Positions 29,374-40,013 of a DNA stretch of 64,000 nt are shown here, piece by piece. The stretch is from Lysobacterales bacterium. GTDB taxonomy: Bacteria; Pseudomonadota; Gammaproteobacteria; Xanthomonadales; SZUA-5. The stretch spans positions 32,001 to 96,000 of the forward strand of contig JALHMH010000009.1 in the NCBI GenBank assembly GCA_022844165.1. Direction: 5' to 3'. A model generated the notes under the pieces. The model worked only from the letters and a program-made list of their open reading frames with translations. It was not told the DNA's origin and made no database searches. Position numbers and translations under genes: made by a program. Position 1 is the stretch's first letter, and each line of letters starts with the position of its first letter.

Positions 29374-29853
29374 ATGAAAAAAATCGCCGCCTTGCTGTTA
29401 TTGATGGTGTCGATCGTCGGCAGCGCGCAAGACCAACCGCCGGAAGGCGCGGTCTGGCAGTACTCGATTTACCCAACAGGAATCGGGACCGCTGGCTATT
29501 TTTGCGTGATCAACCGCCTGCCCGCAAACCTGGCGACGAATCAGGCCGGTTTTGCGGCGAGCGAAGGTGCGTTCTTCACCGAGTCGTCGCCTGGCCTGCC
29601 GCTGTTGCCACCCAGTGGCCTGGCGTTTCACATCCTGGACTGCCTTGTGCCGTCCTGGACCGATTTCAGATTCTGTTTTCAGGCGCCAACACCCTGGTAC
29701 ACAGGCTTTTATCCGAACCAGCGCATCGCCCAAATTAACGTTTTTATGTGCGCCAACCCACCGCCGCAAGGCTTCATGTGGGACTACTACGTGACCATGC
29801 GGCGCGAGGCCTATTTTCCGCCGCCGCTGATGTCGAACGGCTTCGAGCCGTGA
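29374..29853 (+). CDS. Small secreted hypothetical protein ending MSNGFEP
   Basis: MKKIAALLLLMVSIVGSA signal peptide; 4 Cys; abuts holC. Confidence 0.75.
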   Translation: MKKIAALLLLMVSIVGSAQDQPPEGAVWQYSIYPTGIGTAGYFCVINRLPANLATNQAGFAASEGAFFTESSPGLPLLPPSGLAFHILDCLVPSWTDFRFCFQAPTPWYTGFYPNQRIAQINVFMCANPPPQGFMWDYYVTMRREAYFPPPLMSNGFEP

Positions 29854-30276
29854 ATGCCCAAAGCTGATTTTTATCTGATCGGCAAACCGCGCTTCAGCAG
29901 CGATCCGTCGTTGCTGGTCTGCGAATTGGCGAAGCGGGCCTACGCTGCTGATCTGCCGACCTTGATTCTGGTGCGGTCGGTTGAGGACGCGGAACTGCTC
30001 GACGACAAACTCTGGGCATTCGAGGACGACGCCTTCGTGCCGCACCAGATTGCCGGCCAGGATGAGGACGATGTGACGCCGATCTTGATCGTGCCGCCCG
30101 GCGCGGTGGTCGCGTCGCGTTCGCTGATCATCAATCTGCGCGACGAATGTGCCAGCGGCGAATTCGATACCGTCAAGGAAGTCGTTCCCGCCGACCCGCG
30201 CGAGCGCGACGGCTCGCGGGAACGTTGGGCCGAATATCGACGCCGCGGATTTGACGTGCGCAAGTTCGACATGTGA
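29854..30276 (+). CDS. holC: DNA polymerase III chi subunit
   Basis: MPKADFYLI, LDDKLWAF..DAFVPH and RERWAEYRRRG. Confidence 0.93.
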   Translation: MPKADFYLIGKPRFSSDPSLLVCELAKRAYAADLPTLILVRSVEDAELLDDKLWAFEDDAFVPHQIAGQDEDDVTPILIVPPGAVVASRSLIINLRDECASGEFDTVKEVVPADPRERDGSRERWAEYRRRGFDVRKFDM

Positions 30277-30283
30277 CCGGCCG

Positions 30284-31405
30284 TCAAGCGCTCTTCTTCG
30301 CATAGGGCGAATGTGTATCGAGTTCGGCACGATACTGCCGGAGCGATTCGGCCTCGCGATCCAGCGCGTGCCGAATCGCAGTCCGAAAACCCGAGTGACG
30401 TACGTAGTGCGCCGAGCGTGTGCGCGTCGGCAGAAAGCCTCGCGCAATCTTGTGCTCACCTTGCGCGCCAGGTTCAAATCTCGTCAAGCGGTTGGCGATC
30501 AGATGTTCGATGCCCTGGTAATAACAAAGCTCGAAATGCAGGCCGGCATAGTCAGCGTCGCTGCCCCAATAACGACCATACAGTGCATTCGCGCCGCGGA
30601 TGAACACGGCCACCGCATGCAGCCGCCGCTGGCGCCATGCACCCGCGACATGCAGCGACCCGGGCAATCGTTCTCTGAGCAAGGAAAAGAAAGATCGGGT
30701 CAGCGCCGGCGTGTTGCCTTTGCGCTCGAAGGTGTCGCTGTACAGCGCGTGCATCGCATCGAGGTCAGCTTCGTCGAGTTCGATGTCTGATTTCCAGACG
30801 ATCTCGAAGCCATGCCGCTGCGCTTGCCCGCGCTCCTGGCGAATGTTCTTGCGTTTCTTGCCGTTGAGCCCATCCAGAAAATCTTGGAAATCCCGATAAC
30901 CGGGGTTATGCAGATGGAATTGCCAGTCGAATCGCGGCAGCCACGGATCGTGAGCGAGCGTGGCTGCATCTTCGAGCGTCAAAAAATTCAGGTGCGCGCT
31001 GGAGAGCTTACTACGGTCGACAAGCTGCCGAATCGCAACCGCCAATTCGCCACGCCTGGGCCCAAACAAACGCGGCCCCGTGACCGGCGAATACGGCACG
31101 GCAACGAGCAGCTTCGGATAGTAGTCAAGCCCATGACGGGCATACGCATCCGCCCACGCCCAATCGAACACGAACTCACCGTGCGAGTTGGTCTTCAGGT
31201 AGCCCGGTGCAGCCGCTACGACCGCCTTGCCTTCGCGCCATAACAACGGCATCGGCGACCACCCCAACTCGCGGCGCAAACTGCCGCTGTCTTCAAGCGC
31301 CGACAAAAAACCATGCCGCACAAACGGCTGATCGCTGCCAGCCAGCGCATCCCAGGTTTGCGCGTCGACATCGCTGATTGTGGAATGAACCAGAAGCTCG
31401 GACAT
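30284..31405 (-). CDS. DUF482 / FemAB-like GNAT-fold protein
   Basis: SHGEFVFDWAWADAY, LYGRYWG, LHFELCYYQGI and FEPGAQGEHKIARGF. Confidence 0.9.
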   Translation of the reverse strand: MSELLVHSTISDVDAQTWDALAGSDQPFVRHGFLSALEDSGSLRRELGWSPMPLLWREGKAVVAAAPGYLKTNSHGEFVFDWAWADAYARHGLDYYPKLLVAVPYSPVTGPRLFGPRRGELAVAIRQLVDRSKLSSAHLNFLTLEDAATLAHDPWLPRFDWQFHLHNPGYRDFQDFLDGLNGKKRKNIRQERGQAQRHGFEIVWKSDIELDEADLDAMHALYSDTFERKGNTPALTRSFFSLLRERLPGSLHVAGAWRQRRLHAVAVFIRGANALYGRYWGSDADYAGLHFELCYYQGIEHLIANRLTRFEPGAQGEHKIARGFLPTRTRSAHYVRHSGFRTAIRHALDREAESLRQYRAELDTHSPYAKKSA

Positions 31406-31872
31406 GCTTGAGTTAGCGATCTTGGGGGAACGGTGTCGGGCCTGCGATGGCGCTGATCGGCTTTGGTACAGCCCGATTCCCATCCCAACAAGCTAGTCTC
31501 GCTCAGAAACCGGGTTGAAAGGTCATCAATGCCTGCGCACGTTGGACGAAATCCTGGGGCCGGTGCCGACGACGAAACGCGGGCGCAAGCGCAAGGCGTA
31601 GGCGCGGCGCTGTTGAAGCTGCTTCGGCTGCACCTGAGTTGATTCTGATCGCGCCAAAGACGCTGCTAAAAAACGATGGACCGAAGCGTTTCGCTCGCGT
31701 GAACGCGGCGGCAGACAACGACGTTCTCTCGGGCCCTGTTGATCACCGTCAACACTGGGATGGCCGATTCGCGTCAACCTCTACCCAGGCTCATAGCCGT
31801 TTGCGCGACTCGCGAATCTGCGAACGCGATCAGCGCTGTGATGTGTGCCTGCTCACTATCCGGAGATTCACC

Positions 31873-32865
31873 ATGATCAAAGCCCTCGCTTTCACGCTCA
31901 GCGTGTTGCTCGCGCAAAGCGCAAGTTGCCAGGATGCACAATTCGAGCAGGCGCAGGCGCAACTGGACAGTGCGCGGCGATTGTTGGTTGCGTTGCAAAC
32001 CACCGACAAGCAGCGCAAAGAAATCACGCCCGGTTGCGTTGCGACGCCGATTGCGACTACGCCCATCGGACCGACCTCCACGTTCGAGGTTGCGACCGCT
32101 GTGTCTGGTCAGCGGGTTCGCGGCGTGCTTTGGCGCCAACCTTGCGGCGGCAGCGATGCGCAGTTCATCGTCACGTTACAACCTGTGGCCGGCACGCCCT
32201 TCGTTTGCGGTCGCGATATCGAACTCACGCTGGGCGCGCAACGCACCGACGATATCTTTCTGGACGTCAATCCGAATGATGGCGTTGCGAGCAGTTTTTG
32301 CGCCAACCTCACACAGACCACATCGTTCGTCTTGAATGAGTTCGATGCAAGCTTCCCTTGGGACGATGACGCTGCCTTCGGCTTTGTCTATGAGAGCGAT
32401 TTTGGTCCAGATGCCACTGTTGCTGTCGTGGCATACGATCCTGCTGCTTATCCTGGCGGCGGCAGCACCGCAATAGCCATCAACGGTCGACTGAGTGGAA
32501 GCTACTTCGCCGCATCGCGCAATGGCGAGGGCGTCATGGTGGAAGTTGGACGCGTCGGCGCGCGACGCGTGTTGTTCCTGGCCTGGTTCACCTACTTCCA
32601 GGGCCAGCAGCGCTACTTCGTTGGCAGCATCGATTTGGCCGCCGGCGCGACGAGCGCTGTGGTGCCGCTCGTTCTGACGGGCGGTGGACAGTTCGGCGCA
32701 GCGTTTGACCCGGCGCAAGTGACATTCACGCCCTGGGGTAGCGCGACGCTGGACTTCACATCATGCACGTCCATGCGCTTTAGCTGGGCGGAAACCGGCG
32801 GCGCGAGCGGCAGCTATAACTACCTGCGCTCGCTCGATGGACTGGATGGCGTCTCTTGTCCGTGA
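31873..32865 (+). CDS. Secreted hypothetical protein with C-terminal 'SGSYF...GEG...AWFTY' domain
   Basis: GGAGA SD; signal peptide; C-domain resembles the protease C-terminal repeats. Confidence 0.8.
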   Translation: MIKALAFTLSVLLAQSASCQDAQFEQAQAQLDSARRLLVALQTTDKQRKEITPGCVATPIATTPIGPTSTFEVATAVSGQRVRGVLWRQPCGGSDAQFIVTLQPVAGTPFVCGRDIELTLGAQRTDDIFLDVNPNDGVASSFCANLTQTTSFVLNEFDASFPWDDDAAFGFVYESDFGPDATVAVVAYDPAAYPGGGSTAIAINGRLSGSYFAASRNGEGVMVEVGRVGARRVLFLAWFTYFQGQQRYFVGSIDLAAGATSAVVPLVLTGGGQFGAAFDPAQVTFTPWGSATLDFTSCTSMRFSWAETGGASGSYNYLRSLDGLDGVSCP

Positions 32866-32907
32866 AGCCCGGCGGAGACACGGAGCATGTCGACGGGCGT
32901 GGACCGA

Positions 32908-33657
32908 TCACGGATGATCGATATCGCACCAACCTGAGAACCCCACCGCGCGACCGCCTGCGTCGAGCGTAATGTACTCGCCCTCACGCAACACCGCGAG
33001 CGAGTGCGCATCGCCGCTGGCGACGATGCTGCCGATGTCGGTGTCGGCGTTGCTGAGCGCCGCGGCAACGGGCAACGCGCCAGCGTCGATCCACGCCAGA
33101 CGGCGCTTGACGCGGCCCAGGTAGTGGGTGCGGGCGACGATTTCCTGGCCGGGGTAGCAGCCTTTTTTCAAACTGAAGGCGCTGAGGCGCTGCAGGCCAA
33201 GGGCTTGCGGCAGATGTTCGTTTTGCGCAGCGCCGGTGAGCCAGGGGATGCCGGCGTCGATGCAGGCGTTCCACCAATCGGATTCAGCGATGCCACTGCC
33301 GGCGGCGATGCGTGTGGGCACGCCCGCCAGCACGGCGTCGGGCACGCTCTGACTGGCATCGCATCCAACCTCCACCAACGCCTGCGTCACCGTGCACTTG
33401 GCGCGCAGTTTGTACATTGTCAGGCGTTTGGCGACAGCCTCTGCGTTATCGGCGGGCATCAGCCAGCGCAGCGTCGCTTCGGCCGTGCGCCGCAAATAGC
33501 CCAGACACTGCACGCGTCCGTCGACATTCAGGTAACAGGCGAACTGACCGGCGCCGATGTCGAGTGCCTGCACATCGCTCGACAGCTGGCTGTGTAAAAA
33601 ACTGCGCGCATCTGGCCCGTCGACAACGATTTCTGCAAAATTTGGCGCGATGCTCAT
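32908..33657 (-). CDS. ygfZ: Folate-binding Fe-S/tRNA-modification protein YgfZ
   Basis: GPDARSFLHSQLSSDV and KKGCYPGQEIVAR. Confidence 0.92.
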   Translation of the reverse strand: MSIAPNFAEIVVDGPDARSFLHSQLSSDVQALDIGAGQFACYLNVDGRVQCLGYLRRTAEATLRWLMPADNAEAVAKRLTMYKLRAKCTVTQALVEVGCDASQSVPDAVLAGVPTRIAAGSGIAESDWWNACIDAGIPWLTGAAQNEHLPQALGLQRLSAFSLKKGCYPGQEIVARTHYLGRVKRRLAWIDAGALPVAAALSNADTDIGSIVASGDAHSLAVLREGEYITLDAGGRAVGFSGWCDIDHP

Positions 33658-33681
33658 GTTTGTTCGGGCAGACTCTGGTGC

Positions 33682-33867
33682 ATGGACAAGAACAGCATAC
33701 CGATTAGCAGCGAACGAACAGCCGAATCGCAGCATCCCATCAGTTACGAACCGGCACCCACGCCACTGGTGAAGCCTGATCTGCCGAAGGAAATCGGCGG
33801 GCGCGACGGCCCGGAGCCGACGCGTTACGGCGATTGGGAAAAGAACGGCCGTTGTATCGATTTTTAA
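33682..33867 (+). CDS. DUF1674 (SDHAF4/Sdh8-like) protein
   Basis: PKEIGGRDGPEPTRYGDWEKNGRCIDF; upstream of sdhC. Confidence 0.92.
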   Translation: MDKNSIPISSERTAESQHPISYEPAPTPLVKPDLPKEIGGRDGPEPTRYGDWEKNGRCIDF

Positions 33868-34134
33868 CCCAACAAGCGGATCACGATTTGGCGGGCCCTG
33901 CGTCTGCGGGGCAGCTTGAAGTCGTAGGACACACCGCAGGGGCGGCGCATCCAGCTCAGCTGATGCGCATTCTGTGCGGAACTCAGGTGCTGGTATGGTT
34001 ACAGGCCTGCATTGGATGTACGGCGCCCCGAGCGGGCGCTTCGGGAGCGGCGCCCACTGAAAAGCTCGGCGCACGTTATTCAAAGGTCACCGTCGCTGGT
34101 ATTGTCCGCCGCCTGCGCGAATGTCGAGTCAAGC

Positions 34135-34509
34135 ATGAAAGCCAGACCACTCTCACCGCACCTTCAGGTCTACAAACCGCAGCTCACCAGTTTTACCTCG
34201 ATCAGCCATCGCATCAGCGGCATTGTGCTGAGCGCTGCCGCGCTGATGATTACGATGGGTCTGCTGGCGCTGTCGCATGGGCCGGCCGCGTTCGCGCGGT
34301 TTATGGCCTTTGCTGACTCGCTTTTGGGCCGGGTAATCGTGGCTGCGTTTGTGCTGGCCACGGTGTATCACTGGCTCAACGGCATCCGCCACCTGCTCTG
34401 GGACACCGGCTGGGGCCTGGACCTTAAGCGCGCATACGCCACAGGCTGGGCTGCGGTCGTCGCAACACCGATTTTCAGCGCGGCAATTTTGTACTGGCTC
34501 TGGAGCTAA
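34135..34509 (+). CDS. sdhC: Succinate dehydrogenase cytochrome b556 subunit
   Basis: RPLSPHLQVYK, SISHRISG and YHWLNGIRHLLWD. Confidence 0.96.
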   Translation: MKARPLSPHLQVYKPQLTSFTSISHRISGIVLSAAALMITMGLLALSHGPAAFARFMAFADSLLGRVIVAAFVLATVYHWLNGIRHLLWDTGWGLDLKRAYATGWAAVVATPIFSAAILYWLWS

Positions 34510-34513
34510 GGCG

Positions 34514-34903
34514 ATGGATCGATTCCAAACACCGATCAAGCGCGTTCAGGGCTTGGGTTCCTCGAAAGACGGTACCCACCACTGGTGGGTGCAGCGCACC
34601 TCGGCGATGGCGCTGGCAATCTTGACGCCGTGGTTCATCTGGCGCTGCGCGAGCACGCCGGCCGATTTCGCCAGTGTGCGCGACATGGTGGGTTTGCCGT
34701 ACAACGCGCTGCTGCTGAGCGCATTCATCGTGGCGCTGTTTTATCACGCACAGTTGGGCTTGCAAGTCGTCGTTGAGGACTACATTCACTCGCGGCCTGC
34801 GGAAGTGGCGCTGCTGCTGGCGATTAAAGTGCTCGCCTGGCTGGGCGCTGGTGCGGCTCTGTTGGCGATCTTGTTCCAGGTTTTTGTAAGGCTGAATTCA
34901 TGA
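34514..34903 (+). CDS. sdhD: Succinate dehydrogenase membrane anchor
   Basis: [16 protein letters not shown] and [13 protein letters not shown]. Confidence 0.95.
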   Translation: MDRFQTPIKRVQGLGSSKDGTHHWWVQRTSAMALAILTPWFIWRCASTPADFASVRDMVGLPYNALLLSAFIVALFYHAQLGLQVVVEDYIHSRPAEVALLLAIKVLAWLGAGAALLAILFQVFVRLNS

Positions 34904-36687
34904 GCACGGCGTATCCAATTCAACATCACAAGTACGACGTGATTGTCGTGGGCGCAGGCGGTGCCGGCCTGCGCGCCACGATGGGCATGGCCGCAAAAGG
35001 GCTGTCGACGGCGTGCCTGACCAAAGTCTTCCCGACCCGCAGCCACACGGTGGCAGCACAAGGCGGTATCAGCGCCGCGCTCGGCAATATGGGCGAGGAC
35101 GATTGGCGTTATCACTTTTACGACACCATCAAGGGCTCGGACTGGCTCGGCGATCAAGACGCCATCGAGTACATGTGCAAGGAAGCCATTCCCGCCATCG
35201 TCGAACTGGAACACTACGGCGTACCGTTTTCGCGCACTGAAGACGGCCGCATCTATCAGCGCCCCTTCGGCGGCATGACCACGCGTTACGGCGAAGGCAC
35301 CGCACAACGCACCTGCGCTGCCGCCGATCGCACCGGGCATGCGATTCTGCACGCGCTGTATCAGCAATCGCTGCGTTTCGATGCGCGCTTCTACATCGAA
35401 TACTTCGCACTCGATTTGATCATGGACGGCGGCGAATGCCGCGGCGTGCTGGCGTGGGATCTGGCGTCTGGCACATTGCACGCGTTCCACTCGCACCTGG
35501 TGGTGCTCGCGACCGGCGGTTACGGCCGCGCGTACTTGACGTGCACTTCCGCGCACACCTGCACGGGCGACGGCAATGGCATGGTGCTGCGGGCCGGTCT
35601 GCCGCTGCAAGACATGGAGTTCGTGCAGTTCCATCCCACGGGCGTGTTCGGCGCGGGCTGCCTGATCACTGAAGGCGTGCGCGGCGAAGGCGGATATCTG
35701 ACCAATGCGAAGGGCGAGCGCTTCATGGAACGCTACGCGCCGAACGCCAAAGACCTGGCGTCGCGCGATGTGGTTTCGCGGGCAATGACGATCGAAGTGC
35801 GCGAGGGTCGGGGCGTCGGCTCCGGCGCCGATCATATCCACCTGCATCTGGAACATCTCGGCCCCGAGGTGATCCACGAGCGCCTTCCTGGCATTGCCGA
35901 AACGGCGCGCATTTTTGCCGGTGTCGATGTCGCGAAAGAACCCATACCAGTGCTGCCCACCGTGCACTACAACATGGGCGGCATCCCAACCAACTATCGC
36001 GGCGAGGTGGTGCGCCCTACGCCCGGCAATCCGGACACCGTGGTGCCAGGTTTGATGGCGATCGGCGAAGCCGCGTGCGTATCGGTGCATGGCGCCAATC
36101 GCCTGGGTTCCAATTCGCTGCTGGATCTGGTGGTGTTCGGTCGCGCCGCGGCCATTCGCGCCGCAGAAGTGGTGAAACCCGGCGCCACACACAAGGAATT
36201 GCCTGTCAGCGCCTACGATGCAGCACTCAGCAACTTCGACCAGTTGCGCCACGCCAAGGGTTCGTTGCCGACGGCGGATATCCGCCTCAACATGCAGCGC
36301 GTCATGCAGAACGATGCCGCCGTGTTCCGCACCGGCGAGTCGCTGCGCGATGGCTGCCAGAAGATGAGCCGGGTCAATGCGAGTTTCGGCGACGTGCGCG
36401 TGGCCGATCGTTCGTTGATCTGGAATACCGACCTGGTTGAAACGCTGGAACTGCAGAATCTGCTGGGCTGCGCGCTGTCGACCATTTATTCGGCCGAACA
36501 TCGCCCCGAGAGTCGCGGCGCACATGCGCGCGAAGACTTCAAGGACCGCGACGACGAGAACTGGATGAAGCACACCCTCTCGTATGTCGACGCCAAGGGC
36601 AACGTCAGCTTCGACTATCGCCCGGTGCATTTGTACACGTTGACCGATGAAGTGAAAGCCGTGCCGCCGAAGGCGCGGACATATTGA
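34900..36687 (+). CDS. sdhA: Succinate dehydrogenase flavoprotein
   Basis: [22 protein letters not shown] and [11 protein letters not shown]. Confidence 0.98.
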   Translation: MSTAYPIQHHKYDVIVVGAGGAGLRATMGMAAKGLSTACLTKVFPTRSHTVAAQGGISAALGNMGEDDWRYHFYDTIKGSDWLGDQDAIEYMCKEAIPAIVELEHYGVPFSRTEDGRIYQRPFGGMTTRYGEGTAQRTCAAADRTGHAILHALYQQSLRFDARFYIEYFALDLIMDGGECRGVLAWDLASGTLHAFHSHLVVLATGGYGRAYLTCTSAHTCTGDGNGMVLRAGLPLQDMEFVQFHPTGVFGAGCLITEGVRGEGGYLTNAKGERFMERYAPNAKDLASRDVVSRAMTIEVREGRGVGSGADHIHLHLEHLGPEVIHERLPGIAETARIFAGVDVAKEPIPVLPTVHYNMGGIPTNYRGEVVRPTPGNPDTVVPGLMAIGEAACVSVHGANRLGSNSLLDLVVFGRAAAIRAAEVVKPGATHKELPVSAYDAALSNFDQLRHAKGSLPTADIRLNMQRVMQNDAAVFRTGESLRDGCQKMSRVNASFGDVRVADRSLIWNTDLVETLELQNLLGCALSTIYSAEHRPESRGAHAREDFKDRDDENWMKHTLSYVDAKGNVSFDYRPVHLYTLTDEVKAVPPKARTY

Positions 36688-36768
36688 TGTGCACCCTCAC
36701 CCGCCGGGACGGCAGCGGGCGTTGATTGAGCTTTGAAACAACTATTGATCCGATAAAGCGCGACTCAA

Positions 36769-37548
36769 ATGGCCAATTTCACGCTACCGAAAAACTCCAA
36801 GGTCAAGTCCGGCAAGCATCATGCTGGCAAGGGTGGCGAAAAACAGCGCCGCTTCAAGGTGTATCGCTACGATCCAGATGGCGATGAGAATCCGCGCACC
36901 GACACCTTCGATGTCGACTTGGCCAGCTGCGGACCGATGGTGCTTGACGCGTTGATCAAGATCAAGAACGAGATCGACCCTACGCTGACGTTCCGCCGCT
37001 CGTGCCGCGAGGGCATTTGTGGATCGTGCGCGATGAACATCGATGGCACGAACACGCTGGCCTGTACCAAAGCGATTTGCGACGTCAAAGGCGAGGTCAG
37101 GATTTACCCGCTGCCGCACCTGCCGGTGATCAAGGACCTGGTGCCGGATCTGACGCATTTCTACGCACAATACGCCTCGATCAAACCGTGGATTCGCGCC
37201 AGTGCGCCGCCGCCAGATCGTGAGCGCCTGCAATCGCCAGAAGACCGCAAAAAAATCGATGGCTTGTACGAGTGCATTCTGTGCGCCTGCTGCAGTACCT
37301 CGTGTCCGAGTTATTGGTGGAACGGCGATCGTTACCTCGGACCAGCAATTCTGTTGCAGGCGTATCGCTGGATTGTCGATAGCCGCGACGAAGACACCGG
37401 CGCGCGATTGGATGATTTGGAAGACCCCTTCCGCCTGTATCGCTGCCACACGATCATGAACTGCGCGAAGACCTGCCCCAAAGGCCTCAACCCAGCGAAG
37501 GCGATCGCGGAAATCAAGAAGGCAATGGTCGCTCGCCGGTCGCTTTGA
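36769..37548 (+). CDS. sdhB: Succinate dehydrogenase Fe-S subunit
   Basis: [22 protein letters not shown] and [12 protein letters not shown]. Confidence 0.98.
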   Translation: MANFTLPKNSKVKSGKHHAGKGGEKQRRFKVYRYDPDGDENPRTDTFDVDLASCGPMVLDALIKIKNEIDPTLTFRRSCREGICGSCAMNIDGTNTLACTKAICDVKGEVRIYPLPHLPVIKDLVPDLTHFYAQYASIKPWIRASAPPPDRERLQSPEDRKKIDGLYECILCACCSTSCPSYWWNGDRYLGPAILLQAYRWIVDSRDEDTGARLDDLEDPFRLYRCHTIMNCAKTCPKGLNPAKAIAEIKKAMVARRSL

Positions 37549-37608
37549 TTTGGCACATGCGTGGGTTGACCGGTTGGTGGTTTGTGTTGTCACCAGGACG
37601 TGCGGCGC

Positions 37609-37788
37609 GTCCTTGACGGAGCCGGATCTGTTCATTTGAGTCAAATTTTCTGCGCAGCGGCTTTGGCAGTTGAAGCCCCCTTGAGTACAAGGGGGCGATT
37701 GAGCGCGCAGCGCTCAATGGGGGTTTTGGCAAGTACGGTGTCTGGCGAAGCCAACAATGCTCGGCGGTCTGAGGCGAAGCCTCGCTAG
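37609..37788 (-). repeat. Inverted, diverged copy of repeat family A
   Basis: Reverse complement matches the 9979 unit at both ends (GAAAATTTGACTCAAATGA; CTAGCGAGGCTTCGCCTCAGACCGCCGAGCATTGTTGGCTTCG). Confidence 0.9.
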
Positions 37789-37834
37789 AGCTACCACTCA
37801 GCGCATGAGACTGCTATGCTCCCGCTCCTCTTTT

Positions 37835-37909
37835 GGGCGCATAGCTCAGCGGTAGAGCACTACCTTGACATGGTAGGGGTCACAGGTTCGATCCCTGTTG
37901 CGCCCACCA
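37835..37909 (+). tRNA. tRNA-Val(GAC)
   Basis: GGGCGCA acceptor stem, D arm TAGCTCAGCGGTAGAGC, anticodon arm CTACC-TTGACAT-GGTAG, GGTTCGATCC, encoded CCA. Confidence 0.97.
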
Positions 37910-37949
37910 AAAGACAGCCAGGCAACATCGCACCAGCACGAGGTGGCAC

Positions 37950-37979
37950 ATGCGCACTACGACGATGGCAATTCACTAA
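37950..37979 (+). CDS. Putative thrS leader peptide MRTTTMAIH
   Basis: GAGGTGG SD-like element; three consecutive Thr codons ACT ACG ACG; followed by antiterminator and terminator segments. Confidence 0.75.
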   Translation: MRTTTMAIH

Positions 37980-38000
37980 CGTCCGAGCTTCCTCGTATTG

Positions 38001-38030
38001 CACAAAAGGCGCTCGGCGCCTTTTTTTGTG
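38001..38030 (+). terminator. Attenuator-type intrinsic terminator upstream of thrS
   Basis: AAAAGGCGC-TCG-GCGCCTTTTTTT, 22 nt before the thrS ATG. Confidence 0.85.
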
Positions 38031-38052
38031 CCCGCATTTGGAGTCAAGAAAC

Positions 38053-39984
38053 ATGATCAATGTGCAACTTCCCGATGGATCGGTGCGCTCTTTCGAGCAA
38101 GCGATCTCGGTGGGCGGCGTGGCTGCGAGCATTGGCGCGGGATTGGCCAAAGCGGCGCTCGCCGGCAAGGTCGACGGCAAGTTGGTCGACACCAGTTTTT
38201 CGATCGATCACGACGTCAAACTGGAAATCGTCACCGAAAAACACCCCGATGCACTCGACATTGTGCGCCATTCGAGCGCGCACTTGCTGGCGCAGGCGAC
38301 GCAGCGACTATTCCCTGGCGCGCAGGTGACCATCGGCCCGGTGGTCGACAATGGCTTCTACTATGATTTTGCGTACGACCGCGCGTTTACGCCCGACGAT
38401 CTGCAGAAAATTGAAGCGGAGATGGCAAAAATCGTCGCCGAGGCGCTGCCCGTCCAACGCAGCGTGATGGGCAAAGACGATGCCATTGCCTTCTTCAAGG
38501 ACAAAGGCGAGCTTTTTAAGGCCGAGATCATCGACGACATCATCCCACCGGGCGAGGAAATCTCGTTGTATGGCCAGGGCGAGTGGATCGATTTGTGTCG
38601 CGGCCCCCATGTGCCGAACACGAACAAACTCGGTGCCTTCAAACTGATGAAAGTGGCCGGCGCCTATTGGCGCGGCGATTCGAAGAACCAGCAATTGCAG
38701 CGTGTGTATGGCACCGCCTGGCTCAACAAAAAGGATCTGCAGGCCTATTTGACGCAACTGGAAGAAGCCGAGAAGCGCGACCATCGCAAACTTGGCAAAC
38801 AGCTCGATTTGTTCCACATGCAAGACGAAGCGCCGGGACTCGTGTTCTGGCATCCCAAGGGATGGGCACTTTGGCAGCAGGTGGAGCAGTACATGCGCCG
38901 CGTTTACCGCGAGAACGGTTATCAGGAGGTGCGAGGCCCGCAGATCCTGGATCGCACGCTCTGGGAAAAGTCCGGGCATTGGGAAAACTTCCAGGACAAC
39001 ATGTTCACGACCCACTCGGAAAACCGCGATTACGCGGTCAAGCCGATGAACTGTCCTGGACATGTTCAGATCTACAACCACGGGTTGCACAGCTACCGCG
39101 AACTGCCGCTGCGTTACGGCGAGTTCGGTGCCTGCCATCGCAACGAACCGTCTGGCGCACTGCACGGCATCATGCGCGTGCGCGGCTTTACCCAGGACGA
39201 CGGCCACATCTTCTGCACCGAGGATCAGATTCAGTCTGAGGTGATGGCGTTCATTGCGTTGTTGCGATGCGTTTATCGCGATTTCGGCTTCACCGAGATC
39301 TTGTACAAACTGTCCACACGCCCAGAGAAGCGGGTGGGCTCAGATGAGATTTGGGACAAAGCCGAGTTGGCGCTGAAGACTGCGCTGGAAAGCGACGGCA
39401 TCGACTACCAGTTGCAACCCGGCGAGGGTGCGTTTTATGGTCCCAAGATCGAATTCACGCTCAAAGACGCGATTGGAAGATTGTGGCAGTGCGGAACGGT
39501 TCAGGTCGATTTTTCCATGCCTTCTCGTCTGGGCGCTGAGTACGTCGCAGAAGACTCCAGCAGACGCGTTCCAGTAATGCTGCATCGGGCCATTTTGGGC
39601 TCTCTGGAGCGCTTTATCGGCATTCTGATCGAGAACCACGCGGGCGCGCTGCCGGCATGGTTGGCACCGGTGCAAGCGGTGGTCATGGGCATCACCGATG
39701 CCCAGGCTGAATACGTCTCGCAAGTGACGAAAAGCTTGTCGGATCAAGAGTTCCGGGTCACAAGCGACTTGAGGAATGAGAAGGTCGGCTATAAAATCCG
39801 CGAACACACGCTGATGAAGGTTCCTTTCCTCTTGGTCGCAGGGGAGCGCGAAAAAGAGACAGGGAGCATTTCTGTCCGCCGTAGAACCGGGGAAGATCTG
39901 GGCGTCATGCCGCTTGCGGCTTTCGTCGATTTGCTGCGTCGTGAGCTGGCTGAAAGGGCCAGTGCGGTGCCGATAACGCATTGA
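38053..39984 (+). CDS. thrS: Threonine--tRNA ligase
   Basis: TGS start [31 protein letters not shown] and [11 protein letters not shown]. Confidence 0.98.
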   Translation: MINVQLPDGSVRSFEQAISVGGVAASIGAGLAKAALAGKVDGKLVDTSFSIDHDVKLEIVTEKHPDALDIVRHSSAHLLAQATQRLFPGAQVTIGPVVDNGFYYDFAYDRAFTPDDLQKIEAEMAKIVAEALPVQRSVMGKDDAIAFFKDKGELFKAEIIDDIIPPGEEISLYGQGEWIDLCRGPHVPNTNKLGAFKLMKVAGAYWRGDSKNQQLQRVYGTAWLNKKDLQAYLTQLEEAEKRDHRKLGKQLDLFHMQDEAPGLVFWHPKGWALWQQVEQYMRRVYRENGYQEVRGPQILDRTLWEKSGHWENFQDNMFTTHSENRDYAVKPMNCPGHVQIYNHGLHSYRELPLRYGEFGACHRNEPSGALHGIMRVRGFTQDDGHIFCTEDQIQSEVMAFIALLRCVYRDFGFTEILYKLSTRPEKRVGSDEIWDKAELALKTALESDGIDYQLQPGEGAFYGPKIEFTLKDAIGRLWQCGTVQVDFSMPSRLGAEYVAEDSSRRVPVMLHRAILGSLERFIGILIENHAGALPAWLAPVQAVVMGITDAQAEYVSQVTKSLSDQEFRVTSDLRNEKVGYKIREHTLMKVPFLLVAGEREKETGSISVRRRTGEDLGVMPLAAFVDLLRRELAERASAVPITH

Positions 39985-40013
39985 TCGGTTTAGAAAATCA
40001 AGGAGTCGCCGCC

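Noticed and set aside
31503-31800. Short minus-strand ORFs in the GNAT-to-secreted-protein gap
   Set aside because: No SD, motif or clear coding signal; probably a divergent promoter region.
34786-36630. 614-aa antisense ORF over sdhA, and similar long shadow ORFs over leuA, leuC, the TonB receptor and dnaG
   Set aside because: Expected antisense open frames in high-GC coding DNA; no recognisable motifs.
37835-37909. tRNA-Val as a prophage or island integration site
   Set aside because: No integrase and no duplicated tRNA 3' end were seen; the flanking genes are housekeeping.
37816-38052. 79-aa N-terminal extension of ThrS in the ORF track
   Set aside because: It runs through tRNA-Val and the attenuator; the real start is ATG 38053.
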